DNA of 64,000 nucleotides from Nemertoderma westbladi. Lineage: Eukaryota; Animalia; Xenacoelomorpha. Under the pieces are notes generated by a model. The model was given only the letters and a program-made list of their open reading frames with translations, was not told the origin of the DNA and ran no database searches. A program made the position numbers and the translations under genes. Numbering within the stretch: the stretch's first letter is position 1; every line of letters begins with the position of its first letter. Positions 50,360 through 62,135 of this stretch are shown in pieces. The stretch covers positions 1 to 64,000 of the forward strand of contig JAUCBJ010006077.1 in the NCBI GenBank assembly GCA_032718475.1. The letters are read 5' to 3'.

Positions 50360-52628
50360 TTACGCTGGAGGTTGCGAATAGGGTAAACCCACGACGGGTT
50401 TAGGCTGGATGCCTCTGTTCTTCATGTAGCCGGTAACTTGTTCGGGAATCTCCTCCAACACTTCCTTGGCGAGTTGGGCCTCGGCGACGTAAACCGAGCG
50501 GCCGCCCGTCGCCGCGTTAATGTGATTCTTAAACGGGACGAACTGAACGATATCGCGCTCTGCCTCCCGACCTTGGAAAGCCACCCGCACCTCGTCCCCG
50601 TCCAGGATCTCCATCGCGGCGAAGTCAGCCTCCCCAACGCCGACGATGATGATGGACATTGGCAAGGAGGCGGCGTCCACAACAGCCTTGAGGGTGTGCT
50701 GCATATCTGATATGATACCGTCGGTAATGATTAAAAGTATAAAGTATTCCGTTCCGTCCTGTTTCTCTCGCGCGAATCGGGCCACGTGGTTGATCACGGG
50801 GCTGAAGTTAGTGGGTCCGTAGAGTTGAACGCTGTGTGCGGCCGTGTTGTAGGCTTCCAGGATGCCCTGGACGCCGCTGACGAACGGGTTGGTAGGGTGC
50901 CCGTTGAGGAAGAACTCATGGGAGACCTGCCCGGTCTGGGGGATACGCGCGCCGAAACCGAGACAAGGGAAGAGTTTATCCGTGTCGTAATCCTGGATAA
51001 TCTTACCGACTGCTTGGATGGCCATTTGGTAAGGGTTGGGTCTATTGGGGTCTATGTAATGCAACGAGTTATATTGTCTGGGGTCCCCGTTTGAGGCTGT
51101 AAAGTCTATGGCTACAGTAAAGGCTAGCTGCAATCCGCCTCTTACGAACTCCAAGAAGGAATGGCATCGTTCTACAGAACACATATCTACCTTGAGTCTC
51201 CCTGAGTTGGAATATTTCCCTTTGGATTTTTTCTTATTAGGGTTGATTAAATCAAACGTGGTAACCCCACTAGAAGCTGCCTCCAAGTCGTTAACAGTAA
51301 CGAAACATTCTCCTATTAGTTTGTGGCTTTGAGTTCTATTCCAGTCGTAACACTCAATCTGAAATAATCAGAAACAATAATTTAGCCAATTATTATCTTA
51401 ATTAATTATGACTATTGTGTTGACAGTAATTGTGCGGCAATTAACCCGATGGATGGCGGGGTAGGGGGGGGGGGGGGGGGGGGGGGTAACACCGAATATT
51501 TACATTAACTTTAGTTTATTCACGGTCGGCTTTTATAAACGTTGTGACTTTTCTGGACACACAGAGATTTAAAACTCCATTTAATGGGGTGCATTTACAT
51601 AATAAAGAATCATTATTAATGTTTAATTTAACACATTATGTGGATTGCATGACTTCAATCCCCTTTATCATGCAGCGCTCGGGTACGACTGACACTAGCA
51701 TAGAATCCCGCGGGCATTCAAACAATAGAATTAGCTTCGGGTAGCCATTCATTGGATACCAACCAGTTTAAATTCCCCCTTGATTGACAAGAAAAGGGGA
51801 TTAAATCGAATAAGAAACCTGAGCGTAGCGTAGCTAATACCGGTGAAATATCACAAGGATTTTAATTTTTAATGCATTTTATGAAACCGAATACAGCCGG
51901 AATCAAGGTCACACGAGAATCTCGGCAAATTAGTAGCCGCAAGATTTATTGCGACGCCGGACTCTTACCTTTATTACCCTGGAATAATCCCCCTGACACA
52001 GAACTCGTACAGGAAGCCTCATCGGTTTCCATCTGGGGTTCAGAGTCGATTTGATAACTTCTGTTCGGTGGCAGACAGTGTATCCGCCGTCCTCATTGCT
52101 TCTATAGAAACACAAATAGGGGTCCGACTTCCCAAAAAAGTCCTTCTTAGATAGTTTATGACCTGATATGCGAAGGTTAATTTTATCATTACAACTGGAA
52201 ACTTCCTCAGAAGACAAAATAATGGTTCCTTTATTTCCATTCGTTAGTTTTTTATTTATTTTTCCTCCCGGTGCCGCCACAATCTCCCCTAGACTGACGC
52301 ATGCATACCCCAAGAAATCATGTTTGGCAAGATCGCGGCTTTTACTGTCAATATCGTAAACTTCGAATTTCAATAACTGAAACTCTTCGAAAAGGTAAGT
52401 TAAATGGAATTTCTTCACAAAGTCCGGGTTCTGATTGTCCCATATAGTCTCACTACGACTCATCTCCCTCCATGTTTCACCCTGCAAGGTCTGGGTAAAC
52501 AGCACCACCATGGGATCCGACTTGGACAGAATGTCTGCGCGAATGAGATTCCGACAACTCACGCTGATCTCAACTTCGGATTGGGGGACAGCCGATGAAC
52601 CTGGTTGAAACGGCGCTGCTGATGCCAT
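50360..52628 (-). CDS. CPNE: Copine (C2A-C2B-VWA), paralog B, ~552 aa, the most canonical copy; exons 52628-51969 and 51358-50360
   Basis: DILSKSDP, YDID, HDFLG, KKDFFGKSDPY. AAG|GTAAGA and TTTCAG|ATT junctions. AIDFTASNGDP, SLHY, DYDTDKLFP.LGFGA, LYGPTNFSP, LLIITDG, LDGD, ERDIVQFVPF, VLEEIP.Q. Confidence 0.96.
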
Positions 52629-53796
52629 TGTATAATAGCGGCTCTATAAACATGGGTTGATACTAACTATTTAAAAGTTCGTTTATTATTATTAATGTAC
52701 CCGTAAGTATAGTATATAATAACGATAGAAAAACAATTACTGTACTGGACTGGTTGACATGATAAGCAAAGATTGCACTTACACCAGTACCGGGTAGTAT
52801 TGTAGTGCCTATATAATACAGTAATAATTAACTAAAACTATTACTACAATTACAAATTAAAACTAAATAAATTTTTAACAATTAACAAATTAAAACAAAT
52901 TACTATTACAATTATAAATTACAGTACATAGTTAACTAAAAAAACAATTATTAGCAGCTTTCAGGTCCAAGGCCGTATTTGATCCACCACTGGAATACCT
53001 ACGGCTGTCTGGTTGTTCTGCACTGGCGGCTGTTGACGACGCGACATCTGCCAAATCTCCGCTACCGGTAATGTCCGGTAACCGTATATCGTTTACACAC
53101 TCTTACTGCAGTACCGGTACTGAAGCGGTGCCGGTACAATTACTATAATCACTGAAATACATATAGTCATTTTTTGGTACCGGTACAATGATTTATTATA
53201 GTACTCTTGGTCTTCACTCTTGTTGTTGTTATCTCGCGGAGACTTAATATCCCAGGAAGCACAAATACGAAAAATTACATTCATTATTCGTCCAGACGTT
53301 CTGGATTTATGTTCATATGTCGTGTATGTCTCTGGATGCCTATGATGCTAAACGTTCAATAGTTCACAATTGGCAGTCAGACTCAGAAGTTCGGTTATAT
53401 AAACCGATAATTGAACGTAAATGAGACCAAAGGCAATCTACCTACTACTACAACTATGTGCATGTTCTTGTGACGAGGAGGAGAGTAAGAAGGATTAGGT
53501 AGCCTACATGGCGTTGTAAACTACCTTATCCAATCCCCACTCCTGCACTCCCCACCCTACTGCCCTACCTACAATACCCTACATTATACATTTATACATT
53601 GATATAATTTTGTGATGATCCACAAATTCGTATTCGACTAGTTAGAGATTTATATAATAATTTATTTATCTTATTTCCAGCCAAAATAGATTATTCAAAT
53701 TTCTACTATTTTGAACGATATTTCAAAAATGTTCAGATTCGCAGAAAAAAAGTACCAAATATGAACGTTCAATTTCTTTCGTGGACGTCCTGTGCT

Positions 53797-55096
53797 ACGT
53801 CTCGTGGAGACATCACATGGAGACATAAAATCTCGTTGAGACATAATATCTCGGTGAGACATAATATCCTATGGAGACATAATATCTCGTGGGTACTTAA
53901 TGTATCGTTGAGACGTAATATCTCGTGGAGACACAATATCTCGTGGAGACGTTATATCTCGTGGAGACATAGTATCTCGTAGGGACATAATCTCTCGTTG
54001 AGATATAATATCCCGTTGATACATAATATATCGTGGAGACATAATATCTCGTTGAGATATAATATCTCGTTGAGACATAATATCTCGCTGAGATATAATA
54101 TCCTATGGAGACACAATATCTCGTAGAGACATAATATCTCGTGGAGTCATAATATCTCGTTGAGACATAATATCTCGTGGAGACATAATATCTCCTTGAG
54201 ATATAATGTCTCGTTGAGATATAATATCTCGTTGAGACATAATATCTCGTTGAAACATAATATCTCGTGGAGACATAATATCTCGTTGAGACATAATATC
54301 TCGTTTGAGAAATAATATCTCGTTGAGACATAATATCTCGTTGAGACATAATATCTCGTGGAGACATAATATCTCCTTGAGATATAATGTCTCGTTGAGA
54401 TATAATATCTCGTTGAGACATAATATCTCGTTGAAACATAATATCTCGTGGAGACATAATATCTCGTTGAGACATAATATCTCGTTTGAAAAATAATATC
54501 TCGTTGAGACTAATATCTCGTTGAGACATAATATCTCGTGGAGACGTAATATCTCGTAGAGACATAATATCTCGTGGAGTCATAATATCTCGTTGAGACA
54601 TAATATCTCGTGGAGACATAATATCTCCTTGAGATATAATGTCTCGTTGAGATATAATATCTCGTTGAGACATAATATCTCGTTGAAACATAATATCTCG
54701 TGGAGACATAATATCTCGTTGAGACATAATATCTCGTTTGAGAAATAATATCTCGTTGAGACATAATATCTCGTTGAGACATAATATCTCGTGGAGACGT
54801 AATATCTCGTGGAGACATAATATCTCGTTGAGACATAATATCTCGTGGAGACACAATATCTCGTGGAGACACAATATCTTGTGGAGACATGATATTTCGT
54901 GGAGAAATAATATCTCTTGGGGACATAATATCTCGTTGAGACACAATATCTCGTGGAGACATAATATCTCGTTGAGACATAATATCTCGTGGAGACACAA
55001 TATCTCGTGGAGACACAATATCTTGTGGAGACATGATATCTCGTGGAGAAATAAAATCTCTTGGGGACATAATATGTCGTTGAGACTTAATATCCT
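53797..55096 (+). repeat. 18-bp palindromic minisatellite (GAGACATAATATCTCGT[T/G]), ~70 copies
   Basis: Directly visible; each unit carries a GAGA..TCTC inverted repeat. Confidence 0.93.
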
Positions 55097-55257
55097 ATGT
55101 GTATCATTGTATCATATAATTATGTAATTATATAATTTGTGTATCATAACTGAGCCTCGTGCTGCGCGACGTTGAGACTTAATATCCTATGTGTATCATT
55201 GTATCATATAATTATGTAATTATATAATTTGTGTATCATAACTGAGCCTCGTGCTGC
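55078..55257 (+). repeat. 92-bp tandem duplication at the edge of the 18-bp array
   Basis: CGTTGAGACTTAATATCCTATGTG...GAGCCTCGTGCTGC starts at 55078 and again at 55170. Confidence 0.9.
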
Positions 55258-56417
55258 ACGAACCTGTACTAACTAGCAACTGAAGGGTGCTGAAATCTTA
55301 CGTAAAGTACACGACACCTATTTCATGTCATTATTAATTTACATAATAACTTTTCCTGTCCGTTTATTTCCTTCTTTATATTACAGTAGCCACTGTAACC
55401 AGCTCCTTTCCGGTAATTCCAATTTCTAGTTTAGTTTATTGTGCTGGGTTAGAAACACTTACTCTGACGTAGGGAAGCTGCTGGTTGGCGGGACATAGGC
55501 GATATCTTTAATTATTGTATTTGATGAACTGCGGATTTCATATGCACAGATTTTGAATCATCTCATAACAACTTCAATAGTTTAGATTTTCATATAATTT
55601 CGATGAATAGTAATTGAATCAGCATTTCAACACATTCACGCCATTGTGGTACAATTTGGACGGATTTCAATTAGATCGGTTGTTTCAGAAATCAATAGTT
55701 TCCAATCTTCACTCCCAGCTGCTGCATTACTTGGCCTGAGAAACATGGTGGTAACTTCATTGATGCCTGAGCGACTACTGTAATGGCCCGACTGCTTTAT
55801 ATTACTATTACGCTTTATGACTACTGTAATATTGAGATTTACAGAGACCACAATTCTTCTATACGAATTGCAATCTGAAATCTGTAGTGTATCCCTGTTG
55901 TAAACATTCATCGTTATTTATTAATTTATCGCCATGACAATAATTTACCAGTGATATATAAAGGTAATATATATAAAGATTGCGCATAAAGTATCCTTGA
56001 GGTACGGCACATCGGGAACTGGTGAAGGTGATACCAACTAAAATCCAGATAGTGGCGGAAGCAATCAAAATTCACACAAATAACAGCTGATTACTCTCAA
56101 AAATAACACTGTAACCTGTTCTATTCCCCTTCGTTTATTGTTTTGGTTAGAATACTGTGCCACTCTAACCCGCTCCTATCACTAAATTTATTTATAAATT
56201 CTATTCTATCTTTTCTTCTATATATTCTAAATTTATATAGCATTGGGACGAGATATTAATTCGGCGAGATAGGATTTGCGTCCAACACCCCACACCCCAC
56301 CCCCCCGTCTCATTGCGAGATCTGTTTAATGTATTTCGTATAACGACTGACTACTGTGGCAATAATGACCAGATAATCTAATTGATTATAATTAGTATGA
56401 AATTTAACTTTTGCATG

Positions 56418-56992
56418 GCAATCAACTGTATTATTTAATATTTTATTATTTTATAAGCAATCAACTGTATTATTTAATATTTTATTATTTTATAAGCAAT
56501 CAACTGTATTATTTAATATTTTATTATTTTATAAGCAATCAACTGTATTATTTAATATTTTATTATTTTATAAGCAATCAACAACTGTATTATTTAATAT
56601 TTTATTATTTTATAAGCAATCAACAACTGTATTATTTAATATTTTATTATTTTATAAGCAATCAACAACTGTATTATTTAATATTTTATTATTTTATAAG
56701 CAATCAACTGTATTATTTAATATTTTATTATTTTATAAGCAATCAACTGTATTATTTAATATTTTATTATTTTATAAGCAATCAACTGTATTATTTAATA
56801 TTTTATTATTTTATAAGCAATCAACTGTATTATTTAATATTTTATTATTTTATAAGCAATCAACTGTATTATTTAATATTTTATTATTTTATAAGCAATC
56901 AACTGTATTATTTAATATTTTATTATTTTATAAGCAATCAACTGTATTATTTAATATTTTATTATTTTATAAGCAATCAACTGTATTATTAA
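56418..56992 (+). repeat. 39-bp AT-rich minisatellite (GCAATCAACTGTATTATTTAATATTTTATTATTTTATAA), ~14 copies
   Basis: Directly visible; three units carry an extra CAA. Confidence 0.95.
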
Positions 56993-57029
56993 ATTATGGA
57001 TAAACTATCTCAAACCTATTTGATCGTTA

Positions 57030-59684
57030 GTTTCCTAAGGTGGTTCTGATTGTGTGCTACTCTCCAACTAGTGTTGCCCCTGTAGAGGAGGTGGAAAATT
57101 TCTACCAGAATCTACAAGCAGCTACTGATGGTGTGGATCAGCATGCATTCTTAACATTCCTGGGAGACTTTAATGCAAGTCTGCATCAATCACCTACATC
57201 GCCCTGGGTCTATAGCAATAGTGTTAACCGAAATTCTGTCCATCTTCAGGATTTTATCTCTGGAAATGGATTGTTTTCGGCTGGAACCCCGTTCAAGAAG
57301 CGAACTGGAAAGCTATGGACTCATAGTGGACCCAGTGGTCACAAGTCCCAGATAGACCATATTCTGTTTCGTAGGAAATACAGGAGCTCTATACAAGACT
57401 GTAATGCATTTACACTTCGACCCTCCCCAGTGATCACCGCCTTATTGTGGCCAAGGTAAGACTTAGTCTGCGTGCTAGCAGAACAACGAAATCTGCCTTG
57501 CCGCGGCATGACTGGTCCTCTCTGTTGCAACAGCCAAGTGTGAGATCCAGCTTCACACTACAGCTGAGCAACAGGTATGAGGCTCTTGCCTCTGAGGCGG
57601 CAGATCACTGTGAGGGCTATACTGCCTTTACAGAAGCAGTTAAGTTAGCAGCTGCAGAAACAGTTCCTGTATACCCTCGAAACAGGAAAAGGGCCCCCTG
57701 GACTGACAACAAAATTCAGAAGTGCCGAAATGACCTTCATAAGGCGCAGAAAGAGTCCCGACTCAAACAGACTACAGCGGCCAAGAATGCAGTTAAGGCT
57801 GCATCTAGGTCCCTGAACAGGCAGTACTCTGTTAATCTACAGGAGCTAATAAACCAACAGGTTGATGCCATCAATGATGCTGACGACAGCAGGCAATCAT
57901 CCCAGGCATGGAAATCGTTCAATTTGCTTACAGGGCGGAAAAGCCAACCAACCACCAAGGTTAAGGCTGAATCACCAGCCGATCGCCTCAATGGTTGGAA
58001 AGCCCACTTTGAAAAGCTCCTCAATAATGACAGGGTATTGCCTGATAACTTTATAGAAGTAAAAGTGTCTGAGTCTGTACTCCCAGATATTCCCATTGGC
58101 GATATCTCCTTTGCAGAAGTGAAGGCTGCTGCAAAGAGCATTAAGACCAATGGTGCCAGTGGAGTAGATGGTGTTCCCCCTGAGGTCTTTAAAATACCTG
58201 AGTGTTTAAAGCTCATCTATCCCATCATAGTAGACATGTACCGAACAACAAGAGTCCCACAAGAAATAAAAACAAATAAGTTGGTGCCAGTTCCCAAGAA
58301 GGGCAACCTAACACTCTATGGTTCTTTTCGGGGAATCTCATTGATCTCGATTGCTGCAAAGCTATACAATAGGATTCTATTAAATCGCATCAGGGATCCC
58401 ATTGAGAGACTGCTCCGTGGAAATCAGAATGGGTTCCGTAAAGGTCGTGGGACCATGGAGCCCATTTTGGCACTTAGAAGGATAATTGAAGAATTATCAA
58501 AAAAGAAAGACAGGCATCTGGCTGTTATCTTTGTTGACTTCTTCAAGGCCTTTGATTCAGTCTCTCGCTCACGTATGTTCAGCATACTTTCATTATATGG
58601 GATTCCTGATGAAATTATTGCAGCAATCAGTTCAGTATACGATGCTTCGACAACATTTGTGTCTACTGTTGACGGTGACACAGAACCATTTGAAGTGTTA
58701 TGGGGCGTCCTCCAAGGAGACACACTTGCACCATTCCTGTTCATTATTGTGGTTGACTATGTTCTACGCATGTCCTTAGATCATCATAATGATGATGGGG
58801 TGATGATAACTCCACCCACTGGCTCCAGAAGTCGAGGAAATCCTGCCAAGTACCTAACTGATCTAGACTTTGCTGATGACTTAGGAGTACTCTCAGAATC
58901 ATTAGAGGGAGCCCAACGGCTCCTCAGCTCATTAGAACATGCTGCTTCTAGTGTTGGTCTTTTTATTAACTCCAGAAAGACCAAAATTTTGACAGTTAAC
59001 TTTGAAAGTCCTCAGCAAGTCTCTGATCGGATCAGCATAAGCTCAAAGGATGGTATGCTTGAGCATGTGGACGACTTCTGTTACCTGGGATCATGGATCC
59101 GGAAGTCAGGTGAGGACCTTCGAATACGTAAGGGTAAGGCATGGGCAGCCTTGAATAGGCTTTCCAGGATTTGGAAGTCACCGAGAATTAATCGGAAACT
59201 TAAGGTCCGATTATTTAGAGCAGCAGTAGTTCCAGTACTCCTCTACGGGAGTCCATGCTGGGCTCTAACTGTTGAGGACACCAAATCTCTGGATGGCACA
59301 TTCACAAGAATGCTACGCCGGGTTCATTATGTCAAGTACAATGCACACATCCCCAACCAGACACTATATAACATTGGAGGTGTCTCATTGGTCCCCCCAA
59401 GCTTGACACTAGAACAAAATCGCCTCCGCTTTGCAGGACATTGCTTTCGCCGTGAGGACCAGCCAGTGCATAATCTTGTACTTTGGCAGCCTCATGGAGT
59501 GAATAAGCATGGTGGACAGCCCATGACTTTCTTGAGACGCATCTTAAAGGACACTGGCCTTAAAGATGCGGATGATCTAGCAAATGTCATGGGTGATAGG
59601 GAGTTGTGGCGGCGCAATTTTGTTGACAAGCCGGCACAGCATTCTTAAAAATGCAGCTGCAATGCAGCATGCCGATCCTAGTAG
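57030..59684 (+). mobile_element. RTE-clade LINE, 5'-truncated within the endonuclease, one frameshift near 57410
   Basis: Endonuclease motifs YSPT, LGDFNA, WTH, QIDHIL, SDH. RT ORF 57447-59648 (FRGISL, NQNGFR, FVDFFKAFDSV, GVLQGDTLAP, DLDFADD, FCYLGS). (TAG)n tail. 13-bp TSD TATTTGATCGTTA at 57017-57029 and 59685-59697. Confidence 0.96.
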
Positions 59685-60633
59685 TATTTGATCGTTATAA
59701 TTAGAGGATTCTGGTAAATCTGCAAATTAGGGGTGGGCAATCCAAATAAAAAAAAATAAAAAAATATAATAAAATAAAAAAAAATAAAAAAATATAATAA
59801 AATAAAAATGTATTGCTTTTGTGTAGGTTGTATTTTCCTCTTGCATTGTGATACACAGAGTTGATTATGCTAAGCTACTATGCTAAGGGCGGCTATGCTT
59901 CAAGCTGTTAAGAAACACCCAAACACGAATCCGTGACCCCTGGCCATGTTCTGGCACTTGGGACCCGACAGTATCACCTCTGAATTTGCTCGTCATTACA
60001 TCGCTGCCTGAGGCAGACCAATCCATCTATTTATATAAATACCTCACAATACGCGGGGTGCATCACACCTCTCATTGTATCGCTGACAAGAACAACTGCA
60101 GGTGTCAATAGCACGTCAAATAAAGCGCACATTCCATCATCTCCACATCCTATACTTCTTCTGCCGGTGTCCGTGTGAAATATGTACTGATACATTTTTG
60201 TGTACTACGTACATGGATGTGTATAAATTATTGTTCATTTCAATGTTGCGTAATATTACAATAGCATGATGCCAAGAAAGTGCACAAAGTTTATTTCAAA
60301 TGAAACATTCAAGAACACTGTTATCGTTATCGCTGCGGGTAGTTTGAGTATCAATGTATTTGATCGAGAGAGGATATTTGGTAAAACGGTGATGAGATAT
60401 GTATATTGGTCTGTTATTTTTTATCGTGGTCCGTCCATAGGGTTTTAGAACGTGGTCCGTATGGAAAGAAGGCCAGGATAGGTAGATTAGGGGAAAGGGG
60501 AGGAGCAAGTTACAGTGGCACGTTATTCAACCCAAAACAATAAACGAGAGTCAATGGCCCAAACCAAGAAGCAAAGCAGTCAGTCGGCCAAAGCGGGAGG
60601 CGACCCGAAGGCTCCTCTTTTCATAGATAGGTT

Positions 60634-60860
60634 CCACCTTGGTTTAGTGGTCGCATTAAATTCACATCTCCGGTAGGTCGTAGGTTCGATCCTCACATGG
60701 GCCAGGACAGTTTTCATTTCGGCACGAATGCTTTAAAGGGACCAGCCAGGGCGCATCTCTGCCTTGCATCCTTAAGTGGTAGCTAAATGAGTACTGGAGT
60801 TTCCCCTGGGGAGTAAACTTCTGGGGGACCGCGCTGGAAATAAGTCGTCCGAAGCAAATT
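60634..60860 (+). mobile_element. tRNA-derived SINE with Nin-like central domain
   Basis: A box TGGTTTAGTGG and B box GGTTCGATCC, then CTCTGCCTTGCATCCTTAAGTGGTAGCTAAATGAGTACTGG resembling the Nin-domain core as I recall it. A second copy lies at 1743. Confidence 0.7.
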
Positions 60861-60861
60861 T

Positions 60862-61044
60862 ACCTTTTTTTTACTTTTTTACTATAGCTGCTACCCGAAG
60901 GTAGGCGTGGCCGCTTCTCATATCCCAAGTTATGTTGTACTTTATATTATCCCAGAGAATGAAAGGCTGAGTGGACCCCAACGGACTCGAACCTAAAACC
61001 AATAAATTGTAGGCCCAGCGCTCAACCAACTGAGCTACCCCGCC
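60862..61044 (-). mobile_element. tRNA-derived SINE with Nin-like domain and A-rich tail
   Basis: Minus strand GGCGGGGTAGCTCAGTTGGTTGAGCGCTGGGCCTACAA...GGTTCGAGTCC, then ACTCAGCCTTTCATTCTC, tail AAAAAGTAAAAAAAGGTAAA. No complete cloverleaf. Confidence 0.75.
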
Positions 61045-62135
61045 ATAATGCCAATAGCCCAGGTTACAGTTCAATTTATGACGGGACATTAGCGGCGCCC
61101 CCCTAGGTACTTTTGGATCTTTGTCTCAGCTGAACCTTCTACCCAATACCACCCATAGTACAAAAATGATTGTTTATTACTTGAAAGGGGTTCTAGATGT
61201 TGTTACTCTCAGCTCAAAAACTACTGCACGGTGATATGCTTCCTCATTTTTTTCCAATTCTGAGCACAATTTTATTAAAATATAATTTATAGCATCAGTT
61301 GCATTTTCGACTTAACTTCGACTCAAGTAATTGTAGAAATCTACATCATTTTATATTTATATCAAGCGAATTAGGGTTTAAGTCAACAAAATAATTTAAG
61401 GTGTAACTTTTAGTGCCTGGTAAGCTCATTCCATTTCCTATGTAAACAGTTAGAAATACTTACGTTAGTAAATCTCGTTTAAGCTAAATGTTTGACTTTG
61501 AATGTTTTGACACCTTAAATGATAATTTATAAAGTGCTCGCCAATATATTCACAAACTCAAATATCTGTTATACTCTCCAAAACATTTAACAGTAGTTTT
61601 AATTCTGTTAAAAACTACTGTAACTACCGATTACAGTAAATCAAAATCATTAACAAAAAAATCCTTCTGTAAAGAACACCTGTGATACTTACTATCAACA
61701 GCTGAATTAAGATATTACATTTAAATTATGTTTTGTAGTTATAAATTTGGGCAATCTCTATTTTCCAATAGTCCTTTCCATTCCACTTCGTACAAAAGTT
61801 ACATATTTTCAGAATTACGAATTTGATTACGAATTTTTACAATTTCGTACGCACCATGTATATAACACACTTCCCCAGAAGTTCAAAGTTAAACAACTTT
61901 CCACTTTCTATCTGGCCTTTTCTTCCATTCTAATTCACATCGATCGTTCCATACTGACAACATAGCGTTTAATTAAAAATGTGTGTCTGGTGGTGGGATT
62001 TCGAAGAATATTTTACTACAGTATAAAGCTACATATATCATATAATACAATAATTAATCAACACGTTATTATTATGTAATATCAAAGGACACCATAATTA
62101 TTATTTTACTTCGTTACCGAAAGACATTGCCTATC

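Noticed and set aside
55636-56068. Two short minus-strand ORFs, one with a signal-peptide-like start
   Set aside because: No recognisable domain and no consistent splice structure; cannot be supported without a homology search.
53761-56992. ORFs such as (SQRDIM)n and (QLYYLIFYYFISN)n
   Set aside because: Translations of the 18-bp and 39-bp arrays.
60975-61044. Possible functional tRNA genes here and at 17890-17961
   Set aside because: A and B boxes are present, but the acceptor and anticodon/T stems do not pair and SINE bodies follow.
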